From: a virus
Taxonomy: Duplodnaviria > Heunggongvirae > Uroviricota > Caudoviricetes
Strand: one strand, 5' to 3'
Virus record (IMG/VR): IMGVR_UViG_2579778606_000009
DNA length: 8,499 bases
Part shown: positions 7,123 through 8,499 of the stretch, piece by piece
Numbering within the stretch: the first letter of the stretch is position 1
How the letters are laid out: every line of letters starts with the position of its first letter
The notes under the pieces: model-generated
Told to the model about the DNA's origin: nothing
Database searches by the model: none
Seen by the model: only the letters and a program-made list of their open reading frames with translations
Made by a program: the position numbers and the translations under genes

Positions 7123-8163
7123 ATGGCTACATCGACAGTAATTCCTGATGACATCAAAACGCTAAAATCCGACGTTAGCAAATTAAAAAACGATCAAGGA
7201 AGCTACGCAACAAAATTATATGTAGACAGCAAAGATGAAATCGTTGGTGACTGGTCTGCTTCATGGTATCAGCAGGTATTGCCAACTAGCGGAGCTATAT
7301 TTGGGAGAAAACTCCGCTCAACTCACAGGACGGCAGGTGTTGAGGATGCGTATTGCGAACTATACCTCAAAAAATGGATAGACAGTCCAGGTAACGCAAT
7401 GGCGCGCCTTAACCTGAACGATAACGGGACAAACATTTGCTGGGACTTTACCAACCTTTATGGCGGTACGATGATTTTTCCCGGTGACAGCGGATACCTC
7501 AAAATGGGTAACTGCCTTATGTCATACAGCAAGCGTGGAAGTAACGCGCTTATTAAATTTGATTACACCGACACATTACAGATCAAATATGCCAATCATG
7601 GGTCAACCATGACATTAAACACACAGGGAACCGCTTATGCTGGTGTTACTGCTCAATTGTGGGGCAACTCCAGCCGTCCTGTTGTTTATGAAGTCGGTGT
7701 TGATGGTGGCGCTTATATGTTCTATGCGCAGAAAAATACCGATAACACCTATATGTTAAGCGTTAATGGTGCATGTCATGCCACCGCATTTAACCAGCAT
7801 TCCGACCGGGATCTGAAAGACAACATTCAGGTGATCGATAATGCAACCGACCGCATCCGTAAAATGAACGGCTATACATACACGCTTAAAGAAAACGGTA
7901 TGCCCTATGCTGGTGTCATTGCACAGGAAGCTCTGGAAGCAATCCCAGAAGTTGTAGGTTCCGCAATGAAATATCAGGACGGTGCAAGCGGATCGGAAGG
8001 TGAAGAAGGTGAACGTTATTACACAGTAGATTATTCTGGTGTTACTGGCTTGCTTGTTCAGGTAGCCAGAGAGTCAGACGACAGAATAACAGCACTGGAA
8101 GAAGAAAATGCAGAATTAAAACAAAGATTATCTGCAATTGAGGCGACGCTTGCGTCTAAATAA
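7123..8163 (+). CDS. Tail-fibre/tailspike-like protein (346 aa) with a C-terminal Peptidase_S74-type intramolecular chaperone domain
   Basis: RBS gaggaag (7112-7118) and ATG at 7123. The C-terminal about 120 aa read S227-DRDLK232-DNIQVIDNATDRIRKMNGYTYTLKENGMPYAGVIAQEALEAIPEVVG...ITALEEENAELKQRLSAIE. This matches the S-D-x-x-L-K Ser/Lys dyad motif, the GVIAQE...P.V core and the terminal coiled coil of endosialidase and T5 pb1-type self-cleaving chaperone domains. The preceding region is beta-rich (Gly/Asn/Thr/Tyr). Confidence 0.75.
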   Translation: MATSTVIPDDIKTLKSDVSKLKNDQGSYATKLYVDSKDEIVGDWSASWYQQVLPTSGAIFGRKLRSTHRTAGVEDAYCELYLKKWIDSPGNAMARLNLNDNGTNICWDFTNLYGGTMIFPGDSGYLKMGNCLMSYSKRGSNALIKFDYTDTLQIKYANHGSTMTLNTQGTAYAGVTAQLWGNSSRPVVYEVGVDGGAYMFYAQKNTDNTYMLSVNGACHATAFNQHSDRDLKDNIQVIDNATDRIRKMNGYTYTLKENGMPYAGVIAQEALEAIPEVVGSAMKYQDGASGSEGEEGERYYTVDYSGVTGLLVQVARESDDRITALEEENAELKQRLSAIEATLASK

Positions 8164-8169
8164 TATTAA

Positions 8170-8192
8170 GGGGCCGAGCGCCCCGTTTTATT
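8170..8192 (+). terminator. Rho-independent terminator after the 346-aa gene
   Basis: ggggc (8170-8174), loop cgagc, gcccc (8180-8184), followed by gttttatt. Confidence 0.55.
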
Positions 8193-8205
8193 GGGTAGGA
8201 TGAAA

Positions 8206-8499
8206 ATGGATATAACACCTTTCCTTCATGCACTTTGTGCTGTGGCTGCGCAGGTACTGGTTGGTCTTTTTACCGGAAACTGGGCTTACGGGGCGATAGC
8301 CGGTTGTACGTTCTTCATTGCTCGTGAACATACCCAGGCAGAATATCGCTGGATTGAAATGTTCGGGCATGGCAAGCGTATGAATATGCCGTGGTGGGGT
8401 GGTTTTGATCCGCGCGTGTGGGATGTGGCAAGCCTGATGGATTTTTCTGTGCCGGTGGTGGCTTGTCTGCTGGTCTGGCTGTTGGTTAATCGTGGGTGA
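8206..8499 (+). CDS. Small hydrophobic membrane protein of unknown function (about 97 aa, three predicted helices); candidate moron
   Basis: ATG at 8206 with agga (8197-8200) 5 nt upstream; alternative starts are ATG 8200 and the track's TTG 8191. Stop is TGA 8497-8499. Three hydrophobic stretches: ITPFLHALCAVAAQVLVGLF, AYGAIAGCTFFIA, FSVPVVACLLVWLLV. No lipobox, and no charged C-terminal tail of the kind holins carry. Family not recognised. Confidence 0.6.
   Translation: MDITPFLHALCAVAAQVLVGLFTGNWAYGAIAGCTFFIAREHTQAEYRWIEMFGHGKRMNMPWWGGFDPRVWDVASLMDFSVPVVACLLVWLLVNRG

Noticed and set aside
8138-8166. Possible sigma70 promoter TTGAGG-17-TAATAT upstream of the membrane-protein gene
   Set aside because: The predicted transcription start would fall inside the terminator hairpin (8170-8184), so the motif is more likely a chance match in AT-rich 3' coding sequence. 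It cannot be evaluated without expression data.
8188-8370. 60-aa minus-strand ORF overlapping the membrane-protein gene
   Set aside because: Antisense to the better-supported + strand ORF (RBS, hydrophobic helices) and runs into the upstream terminator.
5500-8499. Invertible tail-fibre segment (Gin/Cin/Pin-type) or diversity-generating retroelement acting on the fibre C-terminus
   Set aside because: All ORFs are co-oriented on the + strand. I see no inverted crossover repeats, no template/variable repeat pair, and no invertase or reverse transcriptase in the window, though such genes could lie beyond 8499.
8206-8499. Holin identity for the small membrane protein
   Set aside because: The helix count fits a class I holin, but the protein lacks the charged C-terminal tail, and the location at the end of the tail operon is not where lambdoid lysis cassettes sit.
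1-8499. CRISPR arrays, tRNA or rRNA genes, IS elements
   Set aside because: No short direct repeats with regular spacers, no cloverleaf-like conserved tRNA sequence, and no transposase-like ORFs or terminal inverted repeats are evident.

Overview
This window is the distal end of the late (tail) operon of a lambda-like phage or prophage, all on the + strand: 3' end of tail assembly gene I, host-specificity gene J, the Ail/Lom-family outer-membrane moron lom, a side-tail-fibre gene (stf), then three genes that do not match the canonical lambda layout. Family assignments come from my recollection of lambda gpI, gpJ, Lom and Stf sequences and of Pfam-type motifs, not from any search. J is near-identical to lambda gpJ for about 1000 aa but is broken by two frame changes near 3280-3325, leaving the C-terminal receptor-binding domain out of frame. 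stf has a lambda-like N-terminus (itself apparently frameshifted at an A5 run) and an Ala/Ser/Thr-rich repeat shaft, then switches at about 5500 to a visibly AT-richer distal domain ending in a concanavalin/LamG-like motif. The position where lambda carries tfa is instead occupied by a translationally coupled 93-aa acidic ORF and a 346-aa protein whose C-terminus looks like a Peptidase_S74 self-cleaving intramolecular chaperone. A small three-helix membrane protein follows a terminator. The most interesting part is this non-canonical receptor-binding module at 5500-8163. No CRISPR, RNA genes, integrase or transposase are visible.
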